Source: Monocercomonoides exilis PA203 (Eukaryota; Protista; Preaxostyla). Taken from it: a stretch of DNA of 64,000 nt. Shown piece after piece: positions 40,143 through 50,495 of the stretch. The position numbers and the translations under genes are program-made. The stretch lies in assembly GCA_001643675.2 (NCBI GenBank), contig LSRY02000039.1, forward strand, positions 961,344 through 1,025,343, read 5' to 3'. A model generated the notes under the pieces. The model was not told the origin of the DNA. It saw only the letters and a list, made by a program, of their open reading frames with translations, and did no database searches. Position 1 is the stretch's first letter, and each line of letters starts with the position of its first letter.

Positions 40143-40397
40143 TTAATCACTCTTTTTCTCAAGCAAATCATGTAAATCAGAAGATGAATCAATAGAATAC
40201 ATTGCTGCTCAAGGATTATTTACCATAGGATTCAATGCATTACCAGAGAAAAAGAAATTTTCTTTACCATTTTGATTACCAAGAACCACACCATTCGCAC
40301 ACTTCCAATAATTTACCATTCCATATTAATAATTAACTATACAATAATTACTTGCATAAGCTCGACAATAATAAACATCTGAAAATTTATTTTGCAT
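40143..40397 (-). pseudogene. Older, diverged endogenous CRESS capsid 3' end with two in-frame stops
   Basis: Manual translation MQNKFSDVYYCRAYASNYCIVNY*YGMVNYWKCANGVVLGNQNGKENFFFSGNALNPMVNNP*AAM... aligns without gaps to the intact cap VQDKFNNTYGTVDENLATCKINMVCHTTNYWKYVAGMRLPSADDQETYKPCGNTVNPFSPAPRSM; 18 identities in 62 positions. Confidence 0.85.
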
Positions 40398-41277
40398 ACC
40401 AGTACCTGCAAGAATAACAGCATCATAATACCATCTAGCACGATCCCCAAATCCATCATAACGAGTATGTTTTTTAGGGTATATTTTACATTCATATTCT
40501 GTGACATAATTAGTATCACCTGTAACCCTAAGCAACTTATCAATATACAACTGAACACCATACTGCTTACACCAAATACGCCTAAAATTTTTAACATAAC
40601 CACTAGTAATTAACTCCGGATACTTAAACATAGTATATATTATATTCTTTAAATCATTATTTTCATTAGGTCTATAACCCCATTTACGGAACACAAGGAC
40701 CCTAACATAAGGAACTTGCCAATATCTCTGAGCATCACCAGGATTTACAGGTCCAACATTAAATGTAAATTTATACCTAGACATATAATTTATATAATCC
40801 GACCTTTGTATATCATCACCAGCAGGAGTAGTAGACTCCATCTGAATAATTTGATTTTGAGGAATCTGAACTAAATCAATAGGATTAAGAGTAGTATAAG
40901 ACAATGCATAATTATAAGCTGTAAAAGTCTCAACAGTATGATCAACTGAATAATATATATCCGGTCTATTTTTATATAACCATGTAACATACTTAGATCT
41001 CGCCTTTTTAAAAATCTTTTCTCTTCTTTATCTTATATCTTATCTTAGCCTTTCTACCACGACGCCTCTTTTTAAGAAGACCCATACCTGTTTGCTTAGT
41101 CTGCTTCCAGTTCTCTACTCTCCCCTGACCATAACGACGAACAGCTTGAAGAGTTTTACGACGTGACTCCTCACCTTTTCGTAGATAGTACAACAACGCC
41201 TTATTGATACCGGGGTACCTATAGTATTTACGCTTTGCAAATCTATGGAATGACTTATATCTTCTTCGGCCATCCAT
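40326..41277 (-). pseudogene. cap: Chimeric capsid: current-virus cap (to ...ILAGTG, 40398) fused to a diverged C-terminus; T-run frameshift at ~41008
   Basis: ORFs 41008-41277 and 40326-40904; identity to the intact cap stops at 40398. Confidence 0.88.
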
Positions 41278-41352
41278 TTTTAATAATGATATTCCCTTTT
41301 TGGTCAGGTCAATTTTACCATAATTTTTTCAGCCGTGACAGAGGTTGTGACA

Positions 41353-41384
41353 GGGGTTGCCTGGTAATACTAGCAGGCAACCCC
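41353..41384 (-). promoter_or_regulatory. Rolling-circle origin stem-loop 1 (nonamer TAGTATTAC on the minus, cap-sense strand)
   Basis: 11-bp perfect stem GGGGTTGCCTG/CAGGCAACCCC; loop GTAATACTAG is the reverse complement of CTAGTATTAC; adjacent iteron-like repeats GTGACAGAGG/GTGACAGGGG. Confidence 0.95.
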
Positions 41385-41516
41385 CTACACAAAAAATAAA
41401 ATAGTGGGTATGATCAAAAATTTAATTTCTCCGTTTCTCCGAAATAAATAAAATAGTGGGTAAGTTGACTATTTAGGAAGTTATTAAAACATAAAACTGA
41501 CATTTTTGTGACACAT

Positions 41517-42494
41517 ATGCAAAGACAACAACATAGAGCTTACTGTTTCACTTTAAATAATTACACAGAAGAAGAAGAATTTCATATAATACAATTAAAT
41601 TATAATTACCTAGTATTCGGTTACGAAGAAGGTGAAGAAGAACATACACCTCATTTACAAGGATATATACAATTTAAAAGACAAAAAGACTGGCACAAAG
41701 TGAAGGATATGTTCCCAATAAGAACTCATTTAGAGCCTGCACACGGATCACCACAACAAAACATAGACTACTGCACAAAGCAAGGTAACTGGAAGGAATT
41801 TGGTGAAAGACCTCAACCCGGAAAAAGAACTGACCTAGCAAGAGTAGCTCAGAAAGTAGTAGAAGGCACAAAGGTTTCTGACTTAGCAAAAGAAGAACCA
41901 GAGATAACAACTAAATACTATAAAGGCCTAACTTTCCTACAAGCACAAGTAAACTGGGACAAGAGAGGTCAAAGAGAAAAAAGAAGACATACTTACTGGA
42001 TATGGGGTGCAAGCGGAACAGGAAAAACATACTTCAGTTGCGAGCAATTAAAGAAGATGCCTGGATATAGAAAAAGCGAATTCTACATGTGGCCAAAGAG
42101 CAAAGACTTCATAGACGCTTACCAAGGAGAGAAATATGCACTATTCGATGACTTTAGAGCTGAAGGAAGTATGGACTTCGACACTTGGCTAAGACTTTGC
42201 GACCCTTGGATGAACCCTACAATATCTATAAAAGGTGCAAGCGCCACTTGGAGCCCTGATGTAATATTCTTTACAAGCATAATGCCACCTGAAACATGCT
42301 GGCTGTCACAGAAAAAACTAAGCGCTGAAGATACCAACCAAATAAGAAGAAGGGTACATGTCATAGATATTGCTGACTGTGACGTCCACATACCAGAAGT
42401 ACCAGATGATGAGCCTGAATTAGTACAACATGCCTTAATGATGTTAGTAACTAACATGTCTATTAACACAGACTTAGATTTATCACATCAATAG
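41517..42494 (+). CDS. rep: CRESS virus replication-associated protein (HUH endonuclease + SF3 helicase), copy 1, intact
   Basis: RCR motif I CFTLNN, II PHLQG, III YCTK; Walker A GASGTGKT; Walker B LFDDF; motif C-like FFTSI; Arg finger QIRRR. ATG at 41517 (ORF track starts at GTG 41508). Confidence 0.97.
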   Translation: MQRQQHRAYCFTLNNYTEEEEFHIIQLNYNYLVFGYEEGEEEHTPHLQGYIQFKRQKDWHKVKDMFPIRTHLEPAHGSPQQNIDYCTKQGNWKEFGERPQPGKRTDLARVAQKVVEGTKVSDLAKEEPEITTKYYKGLTFLQAQVNWDKRGQREKRRHTYWIWGASGTGKTYFSCEQLKKMPGYRKSEFYMWPKSKDFIDAYQGEKYALFDDFRAEGSMDFDTWLRLCDPWMNPTISIKGASATWSPDVIFFTSIMPPETCWLSQKKLSAEDTNQIRRRVHVIDIADCDVHIPEVPDDEPELVQHALMMLVTNMSINTDLDLSHQ

Positions 42495-42744
42495 GAGGGC
42501 TTCGCACGGATGACTCGTCGCTACGCGCGCTCCCGTCGCGCTAGCTCCTCAAACACCAAGACGCCAATTTAAGATGCAGTTATAGTTAAAAAGAGTAATA
42601 TACTTATAATATTTTTTATATATTTTTCCGAATTTAATTTTTCCGAATTTTAAGGGACACCCACAACATATTTTTTATATACTTAAATAAGTAGTCATTA
42701 AAACATACAAATGGCATTTTTTTTGTGACAGAGGTCAAGTGAAC

Positions 42745-43008
42745 ATGTCTGAAATTAACTTATCTTGGACTGAGAATGAATATTTAAAGGCATCTAACAC
42801 CCTAAGATTTGTAACCTTGCAGATACAGAGACTAACTGACATCATAAACAGCAGCAAAGAAATAGACGCCGTGCCGGATGCAGCCTGGGAAGAATTGGAT
42901 AACCTAACAATAAGAAGAAATGCCTTATTAGTCTATATTAACAAACTTTTGAACGACCGTTTTGAATTTTTAACATGTCACGAACAAGAAATAAAACAAG
43001 AATCCTAA
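42745..43008 (+). CDS. Viral ORF3, unknown function (87 aa, predicted helical), copy 1
   Basis: Unchanged in all six units and in the solo copy; preceded by TTTTGTGACAGAGG and followed by a T-rich tract. Confidence 0.7.
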   Translation: MSEINLSWTENEYLKASNTLRFVTLQIQRLTDIINSSKEIDAVPDAAWEELDNLTIRRNALLVYINKLLNDRFEFLTCHEQEIKQES

Positions 43009-43129
43009 TTTGACATTATTTATTTATTTTTTAGAAATGAAAAAAATAAAAAATAAAATTTTAAAAACTAAAATATAATAATATATAAAAAAAATTGGTA
43101 GGAATGGTATCCGAACCGGGAGCGCTTCT

Positions 43130-44272
43130 TTACTTGGCCAAGTCTTCATTCCGATCAGCTACCATCCCCAATTCTTCATGATCATCTTTAATAATTTTCA
43201 TAGAACGAGGAGCAGGCGAAAATGGATTAACTGTATTACCACATGGTTTATAAGTCTCTTGATCATCAGCAGAAGGTAATCTCATACCAGCAACATATTT
43301 CCAATAATTAGTAGTATGACAGACCATATTAATTTTGCAAGTAGCCAAATTTTCATCAACGGTACCATAAGTATTATTAAACTTATCTTGAACACCAGTA
43401 CCTGCAAGAATAACAGCATCATAATACCATCTAGCACGATCCCCAAATCCATCATAACGAGTATGTTTTTTAGGGTATATTTTACATTCATATTCTGTGA
43501 CATAATTAGTATCACCTGTAACCCTAAGCAACTTATCAATATACAACTGAACACCATACTGCTTACACCAAATACGCCTAAAATTTTTAACATAACCACT
43601 AGTAATTAACTCCGGATACTTAAACATAGTATATATTATATTCTTTAAATCATTATTTTCATTAGGTCTATAACCCCATTTACGGAACACAAGGACCCTA
43701 ACATAAGGAACTTGCCAATATCTCTGAGCATCACCAGGATTTACAGGTCCAACATTAAATGTAAATTTATACCTAGACATATAATTTATATAATCCGACC
43801 TTTGTATATCATCACCAGCAGGAGTAGTAGACTCCATCTGAATAATTTGATTTTGAGGAATCTGAACTAAATCAATAGGATTAAGAGTAGTATAAGACAA
43901 TGCATAATTATAAGCTGTAAAAGTCTCAACAGTATGATCAACTGAATAATATATATCCGGTCTATTTTTATATAACCATGTAACATACTTAGATCTCGCC
44001 TTTTTAAAAATCTTTCTCTTCTTTATCTTATATCTTATCTTAGCCTTTCTACCACGACGCCTCTTTTTAAGAAGACCCATACCTGTTTGCTTAGTCTGCT
44101 TCCAGTTCTCTACTCTCCCCTGACCATAACGACGAACAGCTTGAAGAGTTTTACGACGTGACTCCTCACCTTTTCGTAGATAGTACAACAACGCCTTATT
44201 GATACCGGGGTACCTATAGTATTTACGCTTTGCAAATCTATGGAATGACTTATATCTTCTTCGGCCATCCAT
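43130..44272 (-). CDS. cap: CRESS capsid protein, intact (380 aa)
   Basis: Long Arg/Lys-rich N-terminal arm followed by a Tyr/Val-rich beta-type core (YVRVLVFRK); ambisense to rep and diverging from the origin. Confidence 0.88.
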   Translation of the reverse strand: MDGRRRYKSFHRFAKRKYYRYPGINKALLYYLRKGEESRRKTLQAVRRYGQGRVENWKQTKQTGMGLLKKRRRGRKAKIRYKIKKRKIFKKARSKYVTWLYKNRPDIYYSVDHTVETFTAYNYALSYTTLNPIDLVQIPQNQIIQMESTTPAGDDIQRSDYINYMSRYKFTFNVGPVNPGDAQRYWQVPYVRVLVFRKWGYRPNENNDLKNIIYTMFKYPELITSGYVKNFRRIWCKQYGVQLYIDKLLRVTGDTNYVTEYECKIYPKKHTRYDGFGDRARWYYDAVILAGTGVQDKFNNTYGTVDENLATCKINMVCHTTNYWKYVAGMRLPSADDQETYKPCGNTVNPFSPAPRSMKIIKDDHEELGMVADRNEDLAK

Positions 44273-44347
44273 TTTTAATAATGATATTCCCTTTTTGGTC
44301 AGGTCAATTTTACCATAATTTTTTCAGCCGTGACAGAGGTTGTGACA

Positions 44348-44379
44348 GGGGTTGCCTGGTAATACTAGCAGGCAACCCC
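44348..44379 (-). promoter_or_regulatory. Origin stem-loop 2
   Basis: Same sequence as origin 1. Confidence 0.95.
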
Positions 44380-44511
44380 CTACACAAAAAATAAAATAGT
44401 GGGTATGATCAAAAATTTAATTTCTCCGTTTCTCCGAAATAAATAAAATAGTGGGTAAGTTGACTATTTAGGAAGTTATTAAAACATAAAACTGACATTT
44501 TTGTGACACAT

Positions 44512-45489
44512 ATGCAAAGACAACAACATAGAGCTTACTGTTTCACTTTAAATAATTACACAGAAGAAGAAGAATTTCATATAATACAATTAAATTATAA
44601 TTACCTAGTATTCGGTTACGAAGAAGGTGAAGAAGAACATACACCTCATTTACAAGGATATATACAATTTAAAAGACAAAAAGACTGGCACAAAGTGAAG
44701 GATATGTTCCCAATAAGAACTCATTTAGAGCCTGCACACGGATCACCACAACAAAACATAGACTACTGCACAAAGCAAGGTAACTGGAAGGAATTTGGTG
44801 AAAGACCTCAACCCGGAAAAAGAACTGACCTAGCAAGAGTAGCTCAGAAAGTAGTAGAAGGCACAAAGGTTTCTGACTTAGCAAAAGAAGAACCAGAGAT
44901 AACAACTAAATACTATAAAGGCCTAACTTTCCTACAAGCACAAGTAAACTGGGACAAGAGAGGTCAAAGAGAAAAAAGAAGACATACTTACTGGATATGG
45001 GGTGCAAGCGGAACAGGAAAAACATACTTCAGTTGCGAGCAATTAAAGAAGATGCCTGGATATAGAAAAAGCGAATTCTACATGTGGCCAAAGAGCAAAG
45101 ACTTCATAGACGCTTACCAAGGAGTGAAATATGCACTATTCGATGACTTTAGAGCTGAAGGAAGTATGGACTTCGACACTTGGCTAAGACTTTGCGACCC
45201 TTGGATGAACCCTACAATATCTATAAAAGGTGCAAGCGCCACTTGGAGCCCTGATGTAATATTCTTTACAAGCATAATGCCACCTGAAACATGCTGGCTG
45301 TCACAGAAAAAACTAAGCGCTGAAGATACCAACCAAATAAGAAGAAGGGTACATGTCATAGATATTGCTGACTGTGACGTCCACATACCAGAAGTACCAG
45401 ATGATGAGCCTGAATTAGTACAACATGCCTTAATGATGTTAGTAACTAACATGTCTATTAACACAGACTTAGATTTATCACATCAATAG
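44512..45489 (+). CDS. rep: CRESS Rep copy 2, intact (E>V variant, YQGVKY)
   Basis: Identical to copy 1 except A>T at 45125. Confidence 0.96.
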   Translation: MQRQQHRAYCFTLNNYTEEEEFHIIQLNYNYLVFGYEEGEEEHTPHLQGYIQFKRQKDWHKVKDMFPIRTHLEPAHGSPQQNIDYCTKQGNWKEFGERPQPGKRTDLARVAQKVVEGTKVSDLAKEEPEITTKYYKGLTFLQAQVNWDKRGQREKRRHTYWIWGASGTGKTYFSCEQLKKMPGYRKSEFYMWPKSKDFIDAYQGVKYALFDDFRAEGSMDFDTWLRLCDPWMNPTISIKGASATWSPDVIFFTSIMPPETCWLSQKKLSAEDTNQIRRRVHVIDIADCDVHIPEVPDDEPELVQHALMMLVTNMSINTDLDLSHQ

Positions 45490-45705
45490 GAGGGCTTCGC
45501 ACGGATGACTCGTCGCTACGCGCGCTCCCGTCGCGCTAGCTCCTCAAACACCAAGACGCCAATTTAAGATGCAGTTATAGTTAAAAAGAGTAATATACTT
45601 ATAATATTTTTTATATATTTTTCCGAATTTAATTTTTCCGAATTTTAAGGGACACCCACAACATATTTTTTATATACTTAAATAAGTAGTCATTAAAACA
45701 TACAA

Positions 45706-46002
45706 ATGGCATTTTTTTGTGACAGAGGTCAAGTGAACATGTCTGAAATTAACTTATCTTGGACTGAGAATGAATATTTAAAGGCATCTAACACCCTAAG
45801 ATTTGTAACCTTGCAGATACAGAGACTAACTGACATCATAAACAGCAGCAAAGAAATAGACGCCGTGCCGGATGCAGCCTGGGAAGAATTGGATAACCTA
45901 ACAATAAGAAGAAATGCCTTATTAGTCTATATTAACAAACTTTTGAACGACCGTTTTGAATTTTTAACATGTCACGAACAAGAAATAAAACAAGAATCCT
46001 AA
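45706..46002 (+). CDS. Viral ORF3 copy 2 (98 aa if the upstream ATG is used)
   Basis: T7 tract puts the upstream ATG in frame (MAFFCDRGQVN extension). Confidence 0.7.
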   Translation: MAFFCDRGQVNMSEINLSWTENEYLKASNTLRFVTLQIQRLTDIINSSKEIDAVPDAAWEELDNLTIRRNALLVYINKLLNDRFEFLTCHEQEIKQES

Positions 46003-46123
46003 TTTGACATTATTTATTTATTTTTTAGAAATGAAAAAAATAAAAAATAAAATTTTAAAAACTAAAATATAATAATATATAAAAAAAATTGGTAGGAATG
46101 GTATCCGAACCGGGAGCGCTTCT

Positions 46124-47267
46124 TTACTTGGCCAAGTCTTCATTCCGATCAGCTACCATCCCCAATTCTTCATGATCATCTTTAATAATTTTCATAGAAC
46201 GAGGAGCAGGCGAAAATGGATTAACTGTATTACCACATGGTTTATAAGTCTCTTGATCATCAGCAGAAGGTAATCTCATACCAGCAACATATTTCCAATA
46301 ATTAGTAGTATGACAGACCATATTAATTTTGCAAGTAGCCAAATTTTCATCAACGGTACCATAAGTATTATTAAACTTATCTTGAACACCAGTACCTGCA
46401 AGAATAACAGCATCATAATACCATCTAGCACGATCCCCAAATCCATCATAACGAGTATGTTTTTTAGGGTATATTTTACATTCATATTCTGTGACATAAT
46501 TAGTATCACCTGTAACCCTAAGCAACTTATCAATATACAACTGAACACCATACTGCTTACACCAAATACGCCTAAAATTTTTAACATAACCACTAGTAAT
46601 TAACTCCGGATACTTAAACATAGTATATATTATATTCTTTAAATCATTATTTTCATTAGGTCTATAACCCCATTTACGGAACACAAGGACCCTAACATAA
46701 GGAACTTGCCAATATCTCTGAGCATCACCAGGATTTACAGGTCCAACATTAAATGTAAATTTATACCTAGACATATAATTTATATAATCCGACCTTTGTA
46801 TATCATCACCAGCAGGAGTAGTAGACTCCATCTGAATAATTTGATTTTGAGGAATCTGAACTAAATCAATAGGATTAAGAGTAGTATAAGACAATGCATA
46901 ATTATAAGCTGTAAAAGTCTCAACAGTATGATCAACTGAATAATATATATCCGGTCTATTTTTATATAACCATGTAACATACTTAGATCTCGCCTTTTTA
47001 AAAATCTTTCTCTTCTTTATCTTATATCTTATCTTAGCCTTTCTACCACGACGCCTCTTTTTAAGAAGACCCATACCTGTTTGCTTAGTCTGCTTCCAGT
47101 TCTCTACTCTCCCCCTGACCATAACGACGAACAGCTTGAAGAGTTTTACGACGTGACTCCTCACCTTTTCGTAGATAGTACAACAACGCCTTATTGATAC
47201 CGGGGTACCTATAGTATTTACGCTTTGCAAATCTATGGAATGACTTATATCTTCTTCGGCCATCCAT
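46124..47267 (-). CDS. cap: CRESS capsid copy with homopolymer frameshift (~47111)
   Basis: ORFs 47085-47267 and 46124-47263; extra C in a C-run. Confidence 0.85.
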
Positions 47268-47341
47268 TTTTAATAATGATATTCCCTTTTGGTCAGGTCA
47301 ATTTTACCATAATTTTTTCAGCCGTGACAGAGGTTGTGACA

Positions 47342-47373
47342 GGGGTTGCCTGGTAATACTAGCAGGCAACCCC
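47342..47373 (-). promoter_or_regulatory. Origin stem-loop 3
   Basis: Same sequence as origin 1. Confidence 0.95.
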
Positions 47374-47505
47374 CTACACAAAAAATAAAATAGTGGGTAT
47401 GATCAAAAATTTAATTTCTCCGTTTCTCCGAAATAAATAAAATAGTGGGTAAGTTGACTATTTAGGAAGTTATTAAAACATAAAACTGACATTTTTGTGA
47501 CACAT

Positions 47506-48482
47506 ATGCAAAGACAACAACATAGAGCTTACTGTTTCACTTTAAATAATTACACAGAAGAAGAAGAATTTCATATAATACAATTAAATTATAATTACCT
47601 AGTATTCGGTTACGAAGAAGGTGAAGAAGAACATACACCTCATTTACAAGGATATATACAATTTAAAAGACAAAAAGACTGGCACAAAGTGAAGGATATG
47701 TTCCCAATAAGAACTCATTTAGAGCCTGCACACGGATCACCACAACAAAACATAGACTACTGCACAAAGCAAGGTAACTGGAAGGAATTTGGTGAAAGAC
47801 CTCAACCCGGAAAAAGAACTGACCTAGCAAGAGTAGCTCAGAAAGTAGTAGAAGGCACAAAGGTTTCTGACTTAGCAAAAGAAGAACCAGAGATAACAAC
47901 TAAATACTATAAAGGCCTAACTTTCCTACAAGCACAAGTAAACTGGGACAAGAGAGGTCAAAGAGAAAAAAGAAGACATACTTACTGGATATGGGGTGCA
48001 AGCGGAACAGGAAAAACATACTTCAGTTGCGAGCAATTAAAGAAGATGCCTGGATATAGAAAAAGCGAATTCTACATGTGGCCAAAGAGCAAAGACTTCA
48101 TAGACGCTTACCAAGGAGAGAAATATGCACTATTCGATGACTTTAGAGCTGAAGGAAGTATGGACTTCGACACTTGGCTAAGACTTTGCGACCCTTGGAT
48201 GAACCCTACAATATCTATAAAAGGTGCAAGCGCCACTTGGAGCCCTGATGTAATATTCTTTACAAGCATAATGCCACCTGAAACATGCTGGCTGTCACAG
48301 AAAAACTAAGCGCTGAAGATACCAACCAAATAAGAAGAAGGGTACATGTCATAGATATTGCTGACTGTGACGTCCACATACCAGAAGTACCAGATGATGA
48401 GCCTGAATTAGTACAACATGCCTTAATGATGTTAGTAACTAACATGTCTATTAACACAGACTTAGATTTATCACATCAATAG
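47506..48482 (+). CDS. rep: CRESS Rep copy 3, 1-bp homopolymer frameshift (~48301)
   Basis: Split ORFs 47497-48309 and 48285-48482; A-run is one base short. Confidence 0.9.
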
Positions 48483-48730
48483 GAGGGCTTCGCACGGATG
48501 ACTCGTCGCTACGCGCGCTCCCGTCGCGCTAGCTCCTCAAACACCAAGACGCCAATTTAAGATGCAGTTATAGTTAAAAAGAGTAATATACTTATAATAT
48601 TTTTTATATATTTTTCCGAATTTAATTTTTCCGAATTTTAAGGGACACCCACAACATATTTTTTATATACTTAAATAAGTAGTCATTAAAACATACAAAT
48701 GGCATTTTTTGTGACAGAGGTCAAGTGAAC

Positions 48731-48994
48731 ATGTCTGAAATTAACTTATCTTGGACTGAGAATGAATATTTAAAGGCATCTAACACCCTAAGATTTGTAA
48801 CCTTGCAGATACAGAGACTAACTGACATCATAAACAGCAGCAAAGAAATAGACGCCGTGCCGGATGCAGCCTGGGAAGAATTGGATAACCTAACAATAAG
48901 AAGAAATGCCTTATTAGTCTATATTAACAAACTTTTGAACGACCGTTTTGAATTTTTAACATGTCACGAACAAGAAATAAAACAAGAATCCTAA
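48731..48994 (+). CDS. Viral ORF3 copy 3
   Basis: Identical protein. Confidence 0.7.
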   Translation: MSEINLSWTENEYLKASNTLRFVTLQIQRLTDIINSSKEIDAVPDAAWEELDNLTIRRNALLVYINKLLNDRFEFLTCHEQEIKQES

Positions 48995-49113
48995 TTTGAC
49001 ATTATTTATTTATTTTTTAGAAATGAAAAAATAAAAAATAAAATTTTAAAAACTAAAATATAATAATATATAAAAAAATTGGTAGGAATGGTATCCGAAC
49101 CGGGAGCGCTTCT

Positions 49114-50256
49114 TTACTTGGCCAAGTCTTCATTCCGATCAGCTACCATCCCCAATTCTTCATGATCATCTTTAATAATTTTCATAGAACGAGGAGCAGG
49201 CGAAAATGGATTAACTGTATTACCACATGGTTTATAAGTCTCTTGATCATCAGCAGAAGGTAATCTCATACCAGCAACATATTTCCAATAATTAGTAGTA
49301 TGACAGACCATATTAATTTTGCAAGTAGCCAAATTTTCATCAACGGTACCATAAGTATTATTAAACTTATCTTGAACACCAGTACCTGCAAGAATAACAG
49401 CATCATAATACCATCTAGCACGATCCCCAAATCCATCATAACGAGTATGTTTTTTAGGGTATATTTTACATTCATATTCTGTGACATAATTAGTATCACC
49501 TGTAACCCTAAGCAACTTATCAATATACAACTGAACACCATACTGCTTACACCAAATACGCCTAAAATTTTTAACATAACCACTAGTAATTAACTCCGGA
49601 TACTTAAACATAGTATATATTATATTCTTTAAATCATTATTTTCATTAGGTCTATAACCCCATTTACGGAACACAAGGACCCTAACATAAGGAACTTGCC
49701 AATATCTCTGAGCATCACCAGGATTTACAGGTCCAACATTAAATGTAAATTTATACCTAGACATATAATTTATATAATCCGACCTTTGTATATCATCACC
49801 AGCAGGAGTAGTAGACTCCATCTGAATAATTTGATTTTGAGGAATCTGAACTAAATCAATAGGATTAAGAGTAGTATAAGACAATGCATAATTATAAGCT
49901 GTAAAAGTCTCAACAGTATGATCAACTGAATAATATATATCCGGTCTATTTTTATATAACCATGTAACATACTTAGATCTCGCCTTTTTAAAAATCTTTC
50001 TCTTCTTTATCTTATATCTTATCTTAGCCTTTCTACCACGACGCCTCTTTTTAAGAAGACCCATACCTGTTTGCTTAGTCTGCTTCCAGTTCTCTACTCT
50101 CCCCTGACCATAACGACGAACAGCTTGAAGAGTTTTACGACGTGACTCCTCACCTTTTCGTAGATAGTACAACAACGCCTTATTGATACCGGGGTACCTA
50201 TAGTATTTACGCTTTGCAAATCTATGGAATGACTTATATCTTCTTCGGCCATCCAT
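49114..50256 (-). CDS. cap: CRESS capsid protein, intact (380 aa)
   Basis: Identical protein to 43130-44272. Confidence 0.88.
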   Translation of the reverse strand: MDGRRRYKSFHRFAKRKYYRYPGINKALLYYLRKGEESRRKTLQAVRRYGQGRVENWKQTKQTGMGLLKKRRRGRKAKIRYKIKKRKIFKKARSKYVTWLYKNRPDIYYSVDHTVETFTAYNYALSYTTLNPIDLVQIPQNQIIQMESTTPAGDDIQRSDYINYMSRYKFTFNVGPVNPGDAQRYWQVPYVRVLVFRKWGYRPNENNDLKNIIYTMFKYPELITSGYVKNFRRIWCKQYGVQLYIDKLLRVTGDTNYVTEYECKIYPKKHTRYDGFGDRARWYYDAVILAGTGVQDKFNNTYGTVDENLATCKINMVCHTTNYWKYVAGMRLPSADDQETYKPCGNTVNPFSPAPRSMKIIKDDHEELGMVADRNEDLAK

Positions 50257-50331
50257 TTTTAATAATGATATTCCCTTTTTGGTCAGGTCAATTTTACCAT
50301 AATTTTTTCAGCCGTGACAGAGGTTGTGACA

Positions 50332-50363
50332 GGGGTTGCCTGGTAATACTAGCAGGCAACCCC
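50332..50363 (-). promoter_or_regulatory. Origin stem-loop 4
   Basis: Same sequence as origin 1. Confidence 0.95.
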
Positions 50364-50495
50364 CTACACAAAAAATAAAATAGTGGGTATGATCAAAAAT
50401 TTAATTTCTCCGTTTCTCCGAAATAAATAAAATAGTGGGTAAGTTGACTATTTAGGAAGTTATTAAAACATAAAACTGACATTTTTGTGACACAT

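Noticed and set aside
40523-40531. TAACCCTAA telomere-like motif inside cap
   Set aside because: Single short match in coding sequence, wrong orientation and not at either junction.
42119-42469. Antisense/overlapping ORFs repeated in every viral unit (116, 78, 105, 97 aa)
   Set aside because: They recur only because the units are identical; they are shadows of rep/cap with no independent support.
41517-42494. Helitron or bacterial plasmid origin for the Rep
   Set aside because: SF3 (not PIF1) helicase, an accompanying capsid and a TAGTATTAC stem-loop indicate a eukaryotic CRESS virus.
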